Both the position numbers and the translations under genes were made by a program. A DNA stretch of 64,000 bases, taken from Octopus vulgaris. Taxonomy: Eukaryota. Of this stretch, positions 1 through 14,676 are shown piece by piece. Positions within the stretch are counted from its first letter, which is position 1; every line of letters begins with the position of its first letter. Under the pieces are notes generated by a model that saw nothing but the letters and a program-made list of their open reading frames with translations, ran no database searches and was not told the origin of the DNA. Where the stretch lies: NCBI GenBank assembly GCA_951406725.2, contig OX597814.1, positions 106,392,001 through 106,456,000 of the forward strand. The letters run 5' to 3'.

Positions 1-325
1 TCAACTGAAAAAGTAAACAGACACGAAAAAACATGGTAAAAAAATGGTAGAAACAGAATGGTAAGGACGAAAGAAAGAAATGGAAGATAGGGGTGGAATA
101 AGGACAAAAGAGAATGGGTAAGGCAGAATTGGTACACAGAAAAAAGAAATGAAAATCCGAATGGAGAGGACAAAAAAATAAAATAAAGTAAATTAGAAAA
201 TTTAAAAGAAATATACTTAAATAAATAAAAATATAATTGCTATACTTTATTATATTTAAAACATAATGGCTTCTTGGAAAATATTAAGACAACAACAACA
301 ACAATAATGCTAATAATTCTTTCTT

Positions 326-399
<74 letters not shown>

Positions 400-1020
400 C
401 AACAACAACAACAACAATAATAATAATAATGATAATAAATAAGAGGAGAGTGAAAGGTGAAAGAGAGGCAGATGAGGAGTGAGAAAACAGAAATATGCTT
501 TAATAGCTGCCATATTGCATTTTGCATTATGTTGTATAGATTTATTTCTTTTATGCATTATATAGTGTTGCTTGTTTTACTGAATAGAATATATGGGGGT
601 AGCAGAATTAATTAATTAATCACAGTAATTAAATGATTATTTTGTGTAGTAAAAGAAACAACTAGTATATATATATAAATACATACATACATATATACAT
701 CCAAATATATATAATATAATATATATATATATATGAAATTATTCGAATAGACGTTCCTTGCGTGTGTGTGTGTGTGTGAGTGTTTACATTAAGACAGAAT
801 GAATTCGTGTCCTGGTGCTCTTTGGCAAATACTTTTGCCAGTTATAACAATTATTATGAAATGCTTATTTTTATTTGTATTTCATTTTATTATATTTTCC
901 TATTTTCAAAATTTGTTTATTAAAATCAGGTTGCCAAATTATTTATTCTGGGTATAAAGTAATTAGAATAGGTTACAATTTGTATTGGGGGGAGAGAAAG
1001 AGTGAGGAGAGAGAGGGGGA

Positions 1021-1079
<59 letters not shown>

Positions 1080-1621
1080 GAATTGAAGAAAAATTGAAAG
1101 ATCTCCAGTTTGGAGTAGAAACGAACGTGCCATTGAGACCAATTAAAAACTAAATAAATGAATGGGTTTAATTAATTATTTCATTATAATAACCTACAAC
1201 GGATTTCTTACCACAACCATTTCGGTTAGAACCCACCTGCACTGAAACAGGAGAAAACGAGGGAACTAGTAATAGATTGAATTTAGGAAAAAGTAATCTT
1301 AGGAAATTGAAATAGGGTAGTAAATTAGAAAAAAAAACAAGCTTAACATTTTGAGCAAAACCTCTTCATCGAAGAGAGATACAGAAATGGGTACTGTTAA
1401 AGGGTTTGGAGCAGAAAGTCTTCATCAAAACAACAGATGTATAGTTAGTGATGAAGAGTCTTGTCTGAAATGTTAGACATACTTTATCCTTCCGGCAATA
1501 AACTTGATTTTTTCTGCGTGAAATGCTTGTTTTAATATTGTAGCTATGGAAAGAAAAAAGTACCATAGTCGCTACCAACTCTGATATTATTACAACTGCC
1601 ACTGCTGCTGCTGCAACACTA

Positions 1622-2105
1622 GGCTTTTGATCTTAATTGATTAAAAGTGTTAACATCTACATGTTTTGCCTTAGTGTAAAAGACAGGCTACAGTAAATAT
1701 TCTGCTGAATACCACAGATTTGCTTGTCAGTTGTTTGACCATAACCAGTTGAGCATGTCCTTTAGTGGCTGACGATATGTGCATCTCTGATTACGAGCTG
1801 GAGTAGTGAGGGAGCATCATAGCCATGTGTTTAGAGGTAATTTATAGGTAACCTTTGGGGTTTCAACGATTCATTCATAGAAACATGGATGTGTCGTGTA
1901 TTATCTTTAAACAGTACATATTCAAGGACCTTTTGAGTGGGGTGAGCTACTTAACCTGAAAAAAAAGATTCTAACTGAACCCCACCTACAAGCATATACG
2001 CCGTTTATTTTGATATGAAGTCACCATGTCTTGCACATATGGTTGTGATGCGTATACCTGATATACCCTTAATGAGACGGGTAACCATGAAGAGTATACA
2101 GGGCT
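1622..2105. repeat. Unclassified interspersed repeat; inverted homolog at 57320-57690
   Basis: taccacagatttgcttgtcagttg (1710) vs caactgacaagcaaatctgtggta (57561); collinear over ~370 bp. Confidence 0.8.
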
Positions 2106-2644
2106 TTTGTACAACCACTTGCCCAACAATTACTACAAGTTATTTTGATACTCCTCCTGATCGGAGTTTCGATTTGTTTCTAATATCATAAATAAGAACC
2201 TTTTAAGAAGCAACCCTGCACTAATAACATTGGGGAAAATGAAATGTCAAGCACTCCACTTCCGCTAAGACAGTCGTAAACCAAATAAGCTCCATCTTTG
2301 AATCGTTACAAACTCCTACAAACCACGCATGTTATCACATCAGAGTATTTACTGATATATTTGGGTTTTTTTAATTTTACAATACATAAAACATTGTAGA
2401 ACAAGCTACATCCAAATAAAGACTACCTAGTTTATTATTAACAAACCTTTAATAATTACGACAAGCAGCCAATAACCCACTGTTGTAACCTCCCTCCTTT
2501 CACAAAAAGATTTTCTTACGAAACAAAATACGATCTCCCTTTCAACGATACCTGCCTCAATACCTTTTATCTTTCCCTATAAAAAATTCGCCACAATCCT
2601 TTACTTCAGAACTAAGAGACCCTGAATCACTCCCTACATGTTCG

Positions 2645-3035
2645 TCTTTCAGTTGATTAGGTCATTGGACTGCATCCAGGCTGGGACACCGCTTTGAAGA
2701 ATTTTACTCGTACGAATCGAACCCAGTACTTTTTTAAAGTCTGATACTTAATCTATTGGTCTCTTTCGTTGGACTGCCATGTTTGAGGGACATAAACACA
2801 CCAATACCGGTTGTCAAGCGTGGGCAGGGGCAATCATATAAACAAAGACGCACACACTCATGTATATGTACCTATATATAAGACGGGCTTCTTTCAGTTT
2901 CTGTTTACCAAATCCACAGAGAAGAATTTGATCACCTCGAGGCTATAGTAAAAGACATTTACTCAAGGCCCCACGCAGTGGGACTGAACCTGGAACTAGG
3001 TAGTTGGCATGTAAACGTCTTACCACACAACCACG
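2645..3035 (-). mobile_element. SINE type C
   Basis: Reverse-complement homolog of 3713-4110. Confidence 0.75.
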
Positions 3036-3168
3036 CTAAATCTACGTTTATTTCCTATAAACACCAAGACACAGAATTTTATACTGGAAGTCGCCAGTGA
3101 TCCCAACAACCAGAAAAGTTTATCACAGCTATAAGCTTTTTATTTATTTCTAGTTTTCTCTTTTCCTT

Positions 3169-3204
<36 letters not shown>

Positions 3205-3712
3205 TAGTGACTGAATCTCAATAACAGATGTTTCTATCTTGTGCTTTGTAATATATTCCTACATTTAAATGCATTGAATATGTTATTGTCCTTTACAAGA
3301 TATTTCCCTGGTGCAAAGTGCTAAGTATGTTAACAATAAACAAATGCATATCTGTCACCTAAGCCAGGGATAGTCCACCCACAGGCCCCTTGGCTGTCAA
3401 ATTTTCTCCTTTCATGAGTGTTTCATTAGATTGATAAAATACAAGAATTTTAAGTATTGTAAGCGAAACTTTATTAAAACAATCGACAAATATTTCACTT
3501 TTCAATTTTGCATAAAAAGTACTTCATTAATTATCATATGTTAATTGCTTTTCTAATTAGGCAAAAACTCTTGAAGTTACGAGAAATTGCAATAGCATTT
3601 ATGATATTTATTTCAGTCTCAAAATCATTAAAACCGTGAGAAAACTAATTTCAGCTCCGGCGTTCATTCAACGACGTCTCATCACATTACGAATTTCATA
3701 AGTGCATGAAAT

Positions 3713-4110
3713 AGGTGCAGGAGTGGTAAGTAGCTTGCTTACCAACCACATGGTTCCGAGTTCAGTCCCACTGAGTGGCACCTTGAGCAAGTGTCTTCTA
3801 CTATAGCCTCGGGCCAACCAAAGCCTGGTGAGTGGATTTGGTAGACGGAGACTGAAAGACGTCCGTCGCATATATATTTGCGTTTGTGTATGTGCTAGTT
3901 TCCCCCCCCCCCCACCTCCGAAGATCGCTTGACAAACGATGCTGGTGTGTTTACGTCCCTATAACTTAGCGGTTCGGCAAAAGGGCCGATAGAATAAGTA
4001 CTAGGATTACAAAGAATAAGTCCTGGGGTCGATTTGTTCGACTAAAGGCGGTGCTCCAGCATGACCACAGTCAAATGACTGAAACAAGTAAAAGAATAAA
4101 AGAATAAAAG
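3713..4110 (+). mobile_element. SINE type C with bipartite tail
   Basis: gttcagtccc B-box-like motif, gtggcaccttgagcaagtgtcttctactatagcctcggg body, (aaaagaat)n tail. Confidence 0.8.
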
Positions 4111-4431
4111 CATGCAGATAGATAGCAAAAAATGAGGATAAAGGTCCTTCTCGAGACATGAAATCATTGGGCCGGTTTCCTGGTTTCCGTGGCACGAACA
4201 CGGACATGACCACGACCACAGACATGGCCACAAACAGGATCACGATGCCAGACGCACCTGATCACCCTCGCCTTATACATACATACATATATGTGAGAAA
4301 AGGTTGAGTTCCATACCATCCTTTACTTTGGGGGATTCCAAAAGTCAATTTCTAATAAAGATTCTTCATATTCCATTGGTAGCTTACTGTTGTAAGTATT
4401 TTTCGAATATGAAAATGTTACAAGTATAAGG

Positions 4432-4858
4432 TGTGTTATGAGCATTTATAGAACATGCATCCTCTATAAGCTCAACAAATAATTAAAGATGGAGAAGAGA
4501 AGGTGTTAATCTATGCATACGATCGTTTCGAACGGTATTAATAGCATGTAAGTAATATGGTAAAAAATGAATTTAATTATAATTAAATTAATTATATATT
4601 ACTGTTCTCGCCAGTGCGAAAAAAGAATACAACAGAAGAAAGTTATTCTGTTACAGGCGAGAACAGTAATATGTAATTAATTTAATTAGAATTATAATTA
4701 AATTAATTTTTACCATGTTATTTGCATGTTAATATTACCGTTCGAAACGATCGTATGCATGGATTAATTTTTTTTTAAATCTTAAACACCTCTTCTCTAT
4801 CTTTAATTGTTTGTTGAGTTTCTATAGGACTGTGTTCTATAAATGCTCATAACACATT
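4432..4858. mobile_element. Fold-back element with long-stem-II HHRs
   Basis: Arms 4432-4615 / 4653-4858 are reverse complementary with divergence. Confidence 0.85.
4518..4614 (-). ncRNA. Hammerhead-like motif, CUGGCGA core, ~80-nt stem II (mirror copy at 4654-4755, plus strand)
   Basis: CUGGCGA-GAACAGUAAU...AAUACCGUUC-GAA-ACGAUCGU-A. Confidence 0.6.
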
Positions 4859-4920
4859 TTATGCATACATAAAGATATATATATAAACACATACATACTT
4901 ATATGTGTGCGTGTGTGTGG

Positions 4921-5257
4921 AGGCGCAATGGCCCAGTGGTTAGGGCAGCGGACTCGCAGTCTTAGGATCGCGGTTTCGATTCCCAAACAAGGTGTTATGA
5001 GTGTTTATTGAGCGAAAGCACCTAAAGCTCCACGAGGCTCCGGTAGTGTGTGGTGGCGAACCCTTCTGTACTCTTTCACCACAACTTTCTCTCACTCTTT
5101 CTTCCTGTTTCCGTTGTACCTATATTTCAAAGGGCCAGGCTTGTCACACTCTGTGTCTCGCTGATCCTCCTCGAGGACAACGTTAAGTTTACATGTGTCT
5201 GTGGAGTACATTGATCGGATCAACTGGAACACTCGTCGTCGTAACCGACGGAGTGCC
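4921..5257 (+). mobile_element. tRNA-derived SINE (head type A)
   Basis: A box tggcccagtgg, B-box-like ggtttcgattccc; head shared with the 13547 and 15078 copies. Confidence 0.85.
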
Positions 5258-5502
5258 AGGATGTATATAAAACAAATAATATAAACTTGTTTTTATCGTA
5301 ATTTCTTTTACATGTGTGTGTGTATGTGTGTGTGTGTGTGTATGTATGTGTGTATATTCGTGTAGGAATGTAGACATGTATGTACATGATTATTTTCTCT
5401 TTGGTTTTATTTGTTTTATTTCCTACAAATGTAGAAAGAACAGATTTTTAACATAAAACAAGACTCATTGCAATTCAAGATACATAGTCATGTATATATG
5501 TG

Positions 5503-5561
<59 letters not shown>

Positions 5562-8500
5562 CACATACTATGTATGTGTGCGCGTGTGTGTGTGCGTGCA
5601 TGTGTACGTATTACATATGTGAATCTTATTACGTATTAAGCTTTCTGTATGTTTTTCATATTTTCAATGGAATCTACAGATTAGGTGTTTTCCTCCTATT
5701 TTTGGGGAATCCCAAGCTCCACATGTCGGCTTCTGACCCGGTTAGGCTGGTAACCAAGTATTGCTATAACGGTAGAAGTCTGAATTTATAATCCGGATAT
5801 ATGTATGTGTATTATATAATCAACTAGGAGCGGCTTGGAACATGCGATGTTTGAGCTTTTGGTAAATGCATCAGGGGCGTAAATTTGATAAACATGCTTC
5901 AGTCAGGAATTGAAACCGTGAAACTGCTAGTCATGGTATAGTTTTATTAGCATCTCGTTTAGTTGTACTGTGGTACAAACATTCTGCATATTTATTTCTT
6001 TATTGCCCACAGGGGGCTAAACATACAGGGAACAAACAAGGACAGACAAAGGGATTAAGTCGATTGCATCGACCCCAATGCATAACTGGTACTTATTTAA
6101 TTGACACCGAAAGGATAAAAGGCAAAGTCGACCACTACCGCTAAAAACATTTGCTAAAAAAATAATGGTTTATCCTTTATGTTGGAAATCTAGCGAGGAG
6201 AGCAGTTTATTTCAAACTGATGCAATGTTTTCATTGGTCGATTAAATGGAGCCGCTTGAAACGGCCGTAATGCATCAATACTTCGACATCCTCATTACAA
6301 TAAAAATAAGTAAGCAAAAATTCTCCAAGGCAGTTCCCCGGCATGGCCACCTTCTAATGACTGAAACAAAAGATAACTCTTTGAATGCATCCAATCTATA
6401 CTAAATGCACCATCGCCAAGCTTTGGTGGTGTTATTTCCTGCCGTCTTTATTCTTACAATTTCTTCCTCTCCAGTCGTTTTTCTCACTTTTATATTTTAC
6501 TTCTTCTTGTCTCTTGTTTTCGTCAATCCTCATTTTCGACCTACGTTGCATGTCTATACTTGAAAATTATTTAGCGACAGAAGCAATATTTATTTCTTTA
6601 TTGCCCAAACGGATTAAGTCGATTATATCGACCCCAGTGCGTAACTGGTACTTATTTAATCGACCCCGAAAGGATGAAAGGCAAAGTCGACCTCGGCGGA
6701 ATTTGAACTCACAACGTAAAGACAGACGAAATACGGCTAAGCATTTCGTCCGGCGTGCTAACGTTTCTGCCAGTTTGCAGCCCAAACATTCTGTATGTTA
6801 GGAGATTAAAGTGGAATGCATTGGGTCGTAAACCTTCTTCAATTGCATAGTTGTATGGTTAAGGCGTTGACTTTATATTTATGGATTCCACGAGTTCGAT
6901 ACCACTGCATGGCACCTTAAAGCAAAGATTTTTTTTAACCAAAGATTCGAGTCAACTGAAAACTTGTCAGTGAAATTCGTTGAACAGAGATTATAAAGAG
7001 TCTTGTACCAGTAATTCGAAGCTCCAGCTGTGTCACATTATGTCACACTGGTTCCACTTGGGAATTACACGAAATTTAACTGTGTCTGTGGAATATTCTG
7101 CCACTTTCTCGCTAAATCAAGAGAAGACAATTCTGCTGATTAAAGAATTACGTATTTATTGACGAAACCGACAGCGACCCATTTACTTTTTCCGACGAGG
7201 AATTGAACCTGTATCGCATTTTCAATCACTGCTCACTTCTTTTTCTACGATTTTAATTGCCATTAACACAATATAAAGAAAACATTATAATTTACAAATT
7301 AAGAACACGCACGCGCATGCACACACTCATACACATACACACACCGACACTCACACACACATATTCACACACTCACATCCACACACACATATCCGCATTC
7401 TATTTCACTCCCTTACTCTTCCTTACTTCCCTCTTCTTTTCCTCCATTCACAAAACCTTACTCATTCTCCCTCTTCTTCACACACCTTATCTTTTGTTTG
7501 CATTCTCTTCCTTCTTTCATGCGCACACGCATACGCATTCTCTCCCCCTCTCTCGCACACACACACAATAGAACAGATTTGCACCAGCATTTACCTTGAA
7601 TTTTAAAAAAGGTTTGATAAGTGTCGTCGAGCTACAATACGATAATCTAATTTGCCATTGAATTCGCCAAGGGAAGACAATCAGATCCTGAGCGGAAGAA
7701 AAAATGCCTCATTCGTTATCTCCGTAATTGTTAATAAACCATATCTGACATTAACGACTGCGACATTAGAGAGCGACACGAACCAGAGTGACACACATCC
7801 ATTTCCTCACGCCCAACCTCCTCCGCCACAACCACGCTCTGCTACAAGAAATGCTTTTGCATGCCATTCTAAACCGACTTATAACTATTTTCATTTGACA
7901 TAAACCCGGATGTACCATAATAGATTCAGTTGTCAGAGGTTCAGTTGAAAATTCCCACCGGAAGCTGTGAGATGAAACAGAAAAGTTGGAACCTCACGAA
8001 AACTTCTCATTTTTAAATTACCATCGGGATATTCAGGAAAAATCATAGAAATATACTTCCGTGACACTCTCGGCTAAAGATTAACCTGAAGCTCCTGCTC
8101 AAATGTAAAGTTTATTTGTCTCAACTAGGAAATATTTATGAAACAACAAAATCTTCAACATCGCAATCAAAGTAACTAAATAATGTCATTAAGAGGACTG
8201 GAATCAGTTTTTACATCAGGGGTTCACTACAATAAACTATCAAATATAGTTTCCAGAGGAAATAAATGTATTTTGAGCTTTCTAGTGACATTGCTAATAA
8301 CAATGAGACAATACTAAGATATGATGTGAGGAAAATGTTTTTTTTAATATTCCGGATGATGTATGAGGAATACTCATGGTAATTCTTTGTTTTTCAAGAA
8401 GTTTCAATGGAGGTCAATTTATGGGAGTCTGTGGGGGTAGTAAAAATGGTCTGGAATTTTACATACTTTTATTATTTATAGTAAAGTTTTCAGGCTCTGA

Positions 8501-8807
8501 ACTGATCCCGAAAGTTGCTATACATTTATGTATGCGCACATGCTTGCGTGTATGATCATACACCCGTACACATACCGGTACAGAAAAAGTTTTAAAATAT
8601 AAAGTTTTAAACACACAGGCGCACACACACACATACACACACACACACACATGCATACGTACTTCGATACGAAAAGATCCACAACCTTCCGTCTCAATAA
8701 ACCACTGTTGTCCCTGAAAGTTGTTTTTTTTAATATTTACTACGGATTGCTTGAAGCTAAGTTTTTCCTACACCTCCATCGCTGGATCTTACATTTATAA
8801 TAAATAA

Positions 8808-8909
<102 letters not shown>

Positions 8910-8955
8910 ATGTATGTATGAAATGGATGCGTGGCGTTCAATCATATATATATAA

Positions 8956-8986
<31 letters not shown>

Positions 8987-10929
8987 TAAATAATATATAA
9001 ATATATGCATATATACATGCATATACCTACATACCTACATCTATATGTATATATACATGCATATATGGGTACAGGACATCAAAAAACGTTGAACACAATG
9101 AGAAGCGAAAACATAAAATCAAAAACAGTGGAAATGGACATTTTTTCAAACAACAAAAAACAGAGTACAAGACATACAACACAAGGAATATTCCCCTTCT
9201 TCAGTTGTCCGTGTTTCGTCTACTCCACGTTTCGAAGATAAGGACAAGACACGACTTCGTTGAAACAGTCCTTCCCGCAAAGCAAATTAAATAAAATTTG
9301 GGATTTTTTTGCGGAAGGGTAAAAGTGGTAACAAGAAGAGGACAGTAAGAACAAAACAAGACAGTAAAAACAATAAAAGTAAAAACAGCATCTCAACAGC
9401 AAATATTCTAGCTGCACTTCACTATGATGTTTTAAAGCGGCAGGTGTTCCGGGTGTTGCCGAAACCTCCTTTTCATGCATAACACCATTCAACATATCTT
9501 CGTTCACAAAACAATAGACATGTGTGTATTTTTTCCACTCATCTAAAGTCTACACTAATATTTATCCAGAGAAGATCTAATAAACACCGCCTCCACATGC
9601 TACATGTAAATAATTATGATTGATTAAATTTTCAGTATTGTTTACCTCTACTTTTCTTGGTCAAGACTAGTCATTTAGAAAATCATTGTTGTTCACCACT
9701 AATGGCGTATTTTTAATTACTGAAAATTTTCTGATACCCTCCATCGTGTATGTTTCTGTCCACTTTATTATTATCGAAGATAAAATCCCCCTCGATGATT
9801 CTCACTAAAAGTAAATTGGTACATTTATATATACTCTACTATTGGGTGGAATATTTCACCAATATTACCATGTTCGTGCAGAAATTTCCAAAGTAACTTC
9901 TTCAACACCCTCCCACCTGATATAATCTTAAATTTTCCATTAATAAGATCAAGAATTCTTCCCCGACATATTTATGTCGCTATTGGGGGTTAAATGTTCC
10001 GGGAAATCTTTCACTGATTCATCAAGTAGAACATAGCAGTAACTACTTTACATATATTACCAGTTGATATTAGTGACACTCGCAAAATTACATTTTGATT
10101 GAAAAATGAGCGTAAGAGGGCGCTAGCGCTTAGAGATTCTAATCCTAATTGATCAGGTTAAACTTCAACGAAGCCGTCAGCAGAGGTCGCTGAAATTGCA
10201 TCACTTTGTCAGTCAAGTTATTTCTTTACAAATTAATCAAATGTGGTTCATAGCGATTCCTTCTGACCATTTTACCCCAACATTACATCAAGTCGAAGAT
10301 CAATAACCTTGAACTGTCTTTCCCCTTTGGGTTCTCAAAATCTTTACACGAAGAATCTATCATTGCTTACCACCAGGTCCTCACAAATGAATGTCAAACT
10401 TTCTGTGATATGGAGAAAAATTTATTTATTAGATTTGGTCAAAATTACAAGAACAGTCATCAATTGTAGTGCCAAACATTTCTGAAAAAATCAATATATC
10501 TTCTCTAATATATGAGACAGACACTTATGAGAAATGGCATTAAACTATTATAATTGCGGATTTATTCCCATTCGGGGTCAACAAGCTTAAAGGTCTGTTC
10601 AGCATTTATGATAAAGTTTAATAAACTAATCACTTTGTTCAGAACCAATATGAAAATCTATCAACATCGTTACTGCTGAATGCATGTTTTGTTAGCGATA
10701 AACTAAAACATCTTCATTTAGATGCGAGTCTTGAGTACATAAAGTAGAGAACAAACAGATTTTTAAAAAAAACTATAAATGCGAAAATTATTTCAAAGAA
10801 TACAATTTTAATCTTGTGAAACATTATATGTGACAGTATGCTAATTAAGCAGTATATGACAATATGAAGAATATAATTTTGGAAGTGAATAATCAACGTT
10901 TGTTTCTAAATTTAATGTAATTATAACGG

Positions 10930-11320
10930 TTTCAAATTTTGGCACAAGGCCAGCAATTTAGGGGAAGGGATTAAGCTGATTACATCGACCCAGTGATCAA
11001 CTGGTATTTATTTTATCTTTCTCGAAGAAAGGCAAAGTCGACCACGGTGTAATTTGTACTCGGAACATAAAGATAGACGAAATACCTATTTCATTACTAC
11101 CCACAAGGGGCTAAACACAGCGGGGACAAACAAGGGCAGACAAACGGATTTAGTCGATTATATCGACCTCAGTGCGTAACTGGTACTTATTTAATCGACC
11201 CCGAAAGGATGAAAGGCAAAATCGACCTCGGCGGGATTCGAACTCAGAACGTAACGGCAGACGAAATACCGCTAAGCGAATTTTGCCCGGCGTGCTAACG
11301 TTTCTGCCAGCTCGTCGCCT
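10930..11320 (-). mobile_element. Two adjacent SINE type D copies (others at 5992-6132, 6590-6780, 19950-20146, 44982-45185)
   Basis: Recurrent actggtacttatttaatcgaccccgaaaggatgaaaggcaaagtcgacctcggcgg(a/g)att(t/c)gaactc. Confidence 0.8.
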
Positions 11321-13546
11321 TAACTAATGGAATTATATTAAACATATTAAAACAGGCATAATTATCATCATTACAATTACTGTATAATTGCTTTACAATT
11401 AGATACTTATTAATACGTAGCACTATTTTCAATGCACTTTGATAATAATGATTATATGATGGATTGGCTGATTGGGTTGCAAATGGTATTTAAATTCCTG
11501 TCACGGTCAATTATATTTGTTGGTATATCACTATAATAGATGTATTAAGGGTCAGTGTGTCGGTTTCAATATTTCATTCTGGAGAGACTCTGGGGAGAGT
11601 CTTCGCAGGTCCTGAGACAGGTATGATTGCAGGTCGGTTGAAGCAGTCCTTCCTTCTAGAGTAAAAAAAAAAGCACTAGACGCAGTGCTTAGTACGTGAT
11701 ATGGGAGGCGGGGATTCAATATAGTTAGAAGACAAAGGAAAGACGAGAATTTGGGTGTATCGATTGAGGAATAAAACTCTAAATAATAAAGATCAATCTC
11801 AATAAAGAAAAAAGTATTCTTGCTTTTATTATTTCACTGGTTTCTCTACAGTTCGTGTCATTACTTTCAATTAAAACTATTTCACTGCCTCAAACGGCTG
11901 AAAGTAGAAGTCGGTTTTACCGGGATTCGAACTCATAAAATAAAATGATCAAAGTAAATATTACAAGCTGTTTAGTCCAATGTCATTCTAATTATTTTCC
12001 TCCCCTCCATTGCATTATAGTTTAAGATATTCTACAGGCATCAACTTATGTCTATATATTTAGATTTGGTACAGTTATATAAACAATAGACACAATAAAC
12101 TCTATCGAACAATAAAACAGCCAATTGAAATACAATTCATGTTAATTATTTCCTCCGCAACCAATGCCATACTAAAGTTCCTTTCTTCAACTTTTGTCAT
12201 TCTGAAAGCACTATGATGTCTTTTACTAGTATCTTGAATCTTCAAAGAAATTTAAAATTTCATGATAATTACTTTAGCAATGTTATTCCTGTATATTATC
12301 ATTGTTTCAAAACAATGATAAATGGAAATTATGGAATTTGAATTAATTTGATTTATTAAATTGTGACAAAGATTTATAAGAAGAGACATGAAATATTTTG
12401 TGTTTATCTTTTTCTCGAAGTGAAATGGAATCTCTTCATCCGAGAATAAAAATGAGTTCACTGATTAAAAGAATTATGAAAACACCTATAGCATTTTATC
12501 GATTTCTGACATTGAGGGCTTCGGGTTAACGAAAGAAGAGAAAATGTTTCGTTGTGTCGTCTGCGCATTGCCGAGGATTCAAGCAGCGTAAATGGAATGG
12601 GACTGGCTCTGCGAATTATCAAAATGTGTTTGGGAATTCGTCGTAGCTGGAGATTACCTTCAACGCTAATGCATTCTCCTAGAATTATTTAAATATATAT
12701 CATTAAAACTCAAAAGCAATAACAAAAATATATAAATATAAACCCGTGCTAATTACTCAGTTAATTAAGCAGTGACTTGCGGTCAGTGTAGTAAAGATGA
12801 AGATTCATAAATATAGTGGTTGGTTATCGTAAGCTCAGGAAAATTGATAAAGACTTATCTAAGATATATTGCGATATATGATAAAAGATCTACTGATGTT
12901 ATTAGGTTTTTGTTTTGAATAAAAAAGGAGAGAAAAGAAGACAATTTGTTAAATCTAGCTTCCGATCGAACCAGTTCGGAAAATCAGTTTTTGTTTTGTC
13001 CCTTATTGATCTTATCATCAATAAAACGACCTTCCAGTGAGATATTTATATTATTTAACCATTGAACATAAAACTGTATAATCGCAAGCATACAACTATT
13101 TACTTGTGTCTTTGCTATCATGTCCATAATTGTTTATGGCCGATCGCCGATGATGATCATCGGACAAAACACAAAACTATCTCTTTCACTCACTCTTACT
13201 CTTTCTCTGTCTCTAAACCTTCCTCTCCCCCTCTCTATCTCTCTCGGAACGTCACACTTTTTCCTTAATTCATTCCAGACGCATTTCTTTCACTCAACTC
13301 AATTCTTCTTAAATATTATTTTGTTTTCTTATTGTCCGATTATTATCCATAGCTGTGAAAATTTTCATCTATGTGTGTATGTATGTGTTTGCATGTGTAT
13401 CTATAAGTATGTGTGTGTATGTGTCTGTGAGTAAAAGATCAAGTCATTCTGTTCGTTATTATTCCATTTTATGTCGTTAATTACAGAACATTAGTTGATG
13501 AATCGGTGGTGGTGGTGGGGTGCTGCTGCTGCTGTTGCTGTTGCTG

Positions 13547-13887
13547 TTGAGCGAACGGTCTTCGTCCCAGAGCTCGCAGTGGGGGAAGTCCGAATCGTGG
13601 CCGTTTGCTATTCGTAAGACCCGCAGAAGAGAAATCAGGTCAACCCCCGACACCGAGAGCATCGACGGATGGATGAATGCACATCCAGGCTCAGCGATTG
13701 GAAGAAAGAGTGAGAGAAAATTGGAGCGAAAGAGGACAACAGGGATCGCCACCATCCCCTGTCGGAGCCTCGTGGAGCTTTAGGTGTTTTCATTCAATAA
13801 ACACACACAACGCCCGGTCTGGGAATCGAAACCGCGATCCTCAGACCGCGAGTCCGCTGCCCTAACCACTGGGGCATTGCGCCTCCC
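13547..13887 (-). mobile_element. tRNA-derived SINE (head type A) in a CAG/CAA microsatellite
   Basis: Reverse-complement homolog of 15078-15435. Confidence 0.85.
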
Positions 13888-14020
13888 CTTGCTGCTGCTA
13901 CTGCTGGTAGTGCTCCTGCTGGTGCTGCTGCTTTACTCTTTATTCTTCTCTCTGCTATTCTATTCCTTTGTAAACTGTGAATTTCCTTGTCTGGAACTTT
14001 CATACACACTCACCTGGTCC

Positions 14021-14088
14021 CTGATGACGGAACACTCAGTGTGCGGAGATGCTAACCTATCACATGGGATATGCTAGAAACAGCTGTA
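14021..14088 (+). ncRNA. Hammerhead-like motif (pLTR remnant)
   Basis: CUGAUGA...GAA-ACAGCUGU-A with a decayed long stem II; related to the 29992 motif. Confidence 0.55.
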
Positions 14089-14293
14089 ACGCATCCAATA
14101 ATCAATTAATAGATTAATTAAGAAATAAATTAATTACTTCAAATTCACTTTACTCTCAGTAAATACTCTAAATAACTTGAGATACACGTCCCGCCTTGGT
14201 GTTTGTTGTCCCTTTTCCTTTTTCTTCTAATACACACACACACGCACACACACACATACACATACACATATATATACATATATATATATATAC

Positions 14294-14326
14294 CTGATGA
14301 TTGTTGCGTAACGCATGAAAGTACTA
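14294..14326 (+). ncRNA. Minimal hammerhead motif
   Basis: CUGAUGA-UUGU-UGCG(UAA)CGCA-U-GAA-AGUACU-A, directly after (TA)n. Confidence 0.65.
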
Positions 14327-14419
14327 GTTTCTTTCAAGTTTGTAAAATTGTAAAAACATGCAAATATAAAACGTGAAAATCAGACTAAGTTGGAACTTTC
14401 TTGATTAATATATATATAT

Positions 14420-14625
14420 AGTTAAACCAAACATGAACAAAGAGAAAACACAACAACGCAAGGACGTGGAACAAGTATAGTGTTATTGGACGCTCAGGAA
14501 AGTAAAGAAATAAGGAGGATTTAACGTTTCGAGTGGAGCTCTTCGTCAGAAACATAGGAAAAGGAAAGATCCAAGGAAGAGAAGACGGAGAAAGAAAATC
14601 GCCAAGGATACACACGCAGTCACAT

Positions 14626-14630
<5 letters not shown>
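14420..14630 (-). mobile_element. Solo PLE pLTR fragment with a canonical HHR at 14522-14549
   Basis: CUGACGA-A-GAG(CUCCA)CUC-GAA-ACGU-U; shares 'cgctcaggaaa' and layout with the 36617 pLTR; flanked by (TA)n. Confidence 0.75.

Positions 14631-14676
<46 letters not shown>

Noticed and set aside
1448-1475. Further HHR-like strings (also 9226-9262, 17802-17832, 19563-19620, 31658-31700, 34969-34997, 48235-48298)
   Set aside because: Core mismatched or stems missing. They may be decayed ribozymes but cannot be supported individually.
4921-4990. tRNA genes (also 15078 and 36243)
   Set aside because: No acceptor stem closure; they continue into shared SINE bodies.
9450-10450. Possible decayed Penelope ORF remnants (also 2110-2640)
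   Set aside because: Only faint peptide resemblances by eye; needs a tBLASTn or HMM search.
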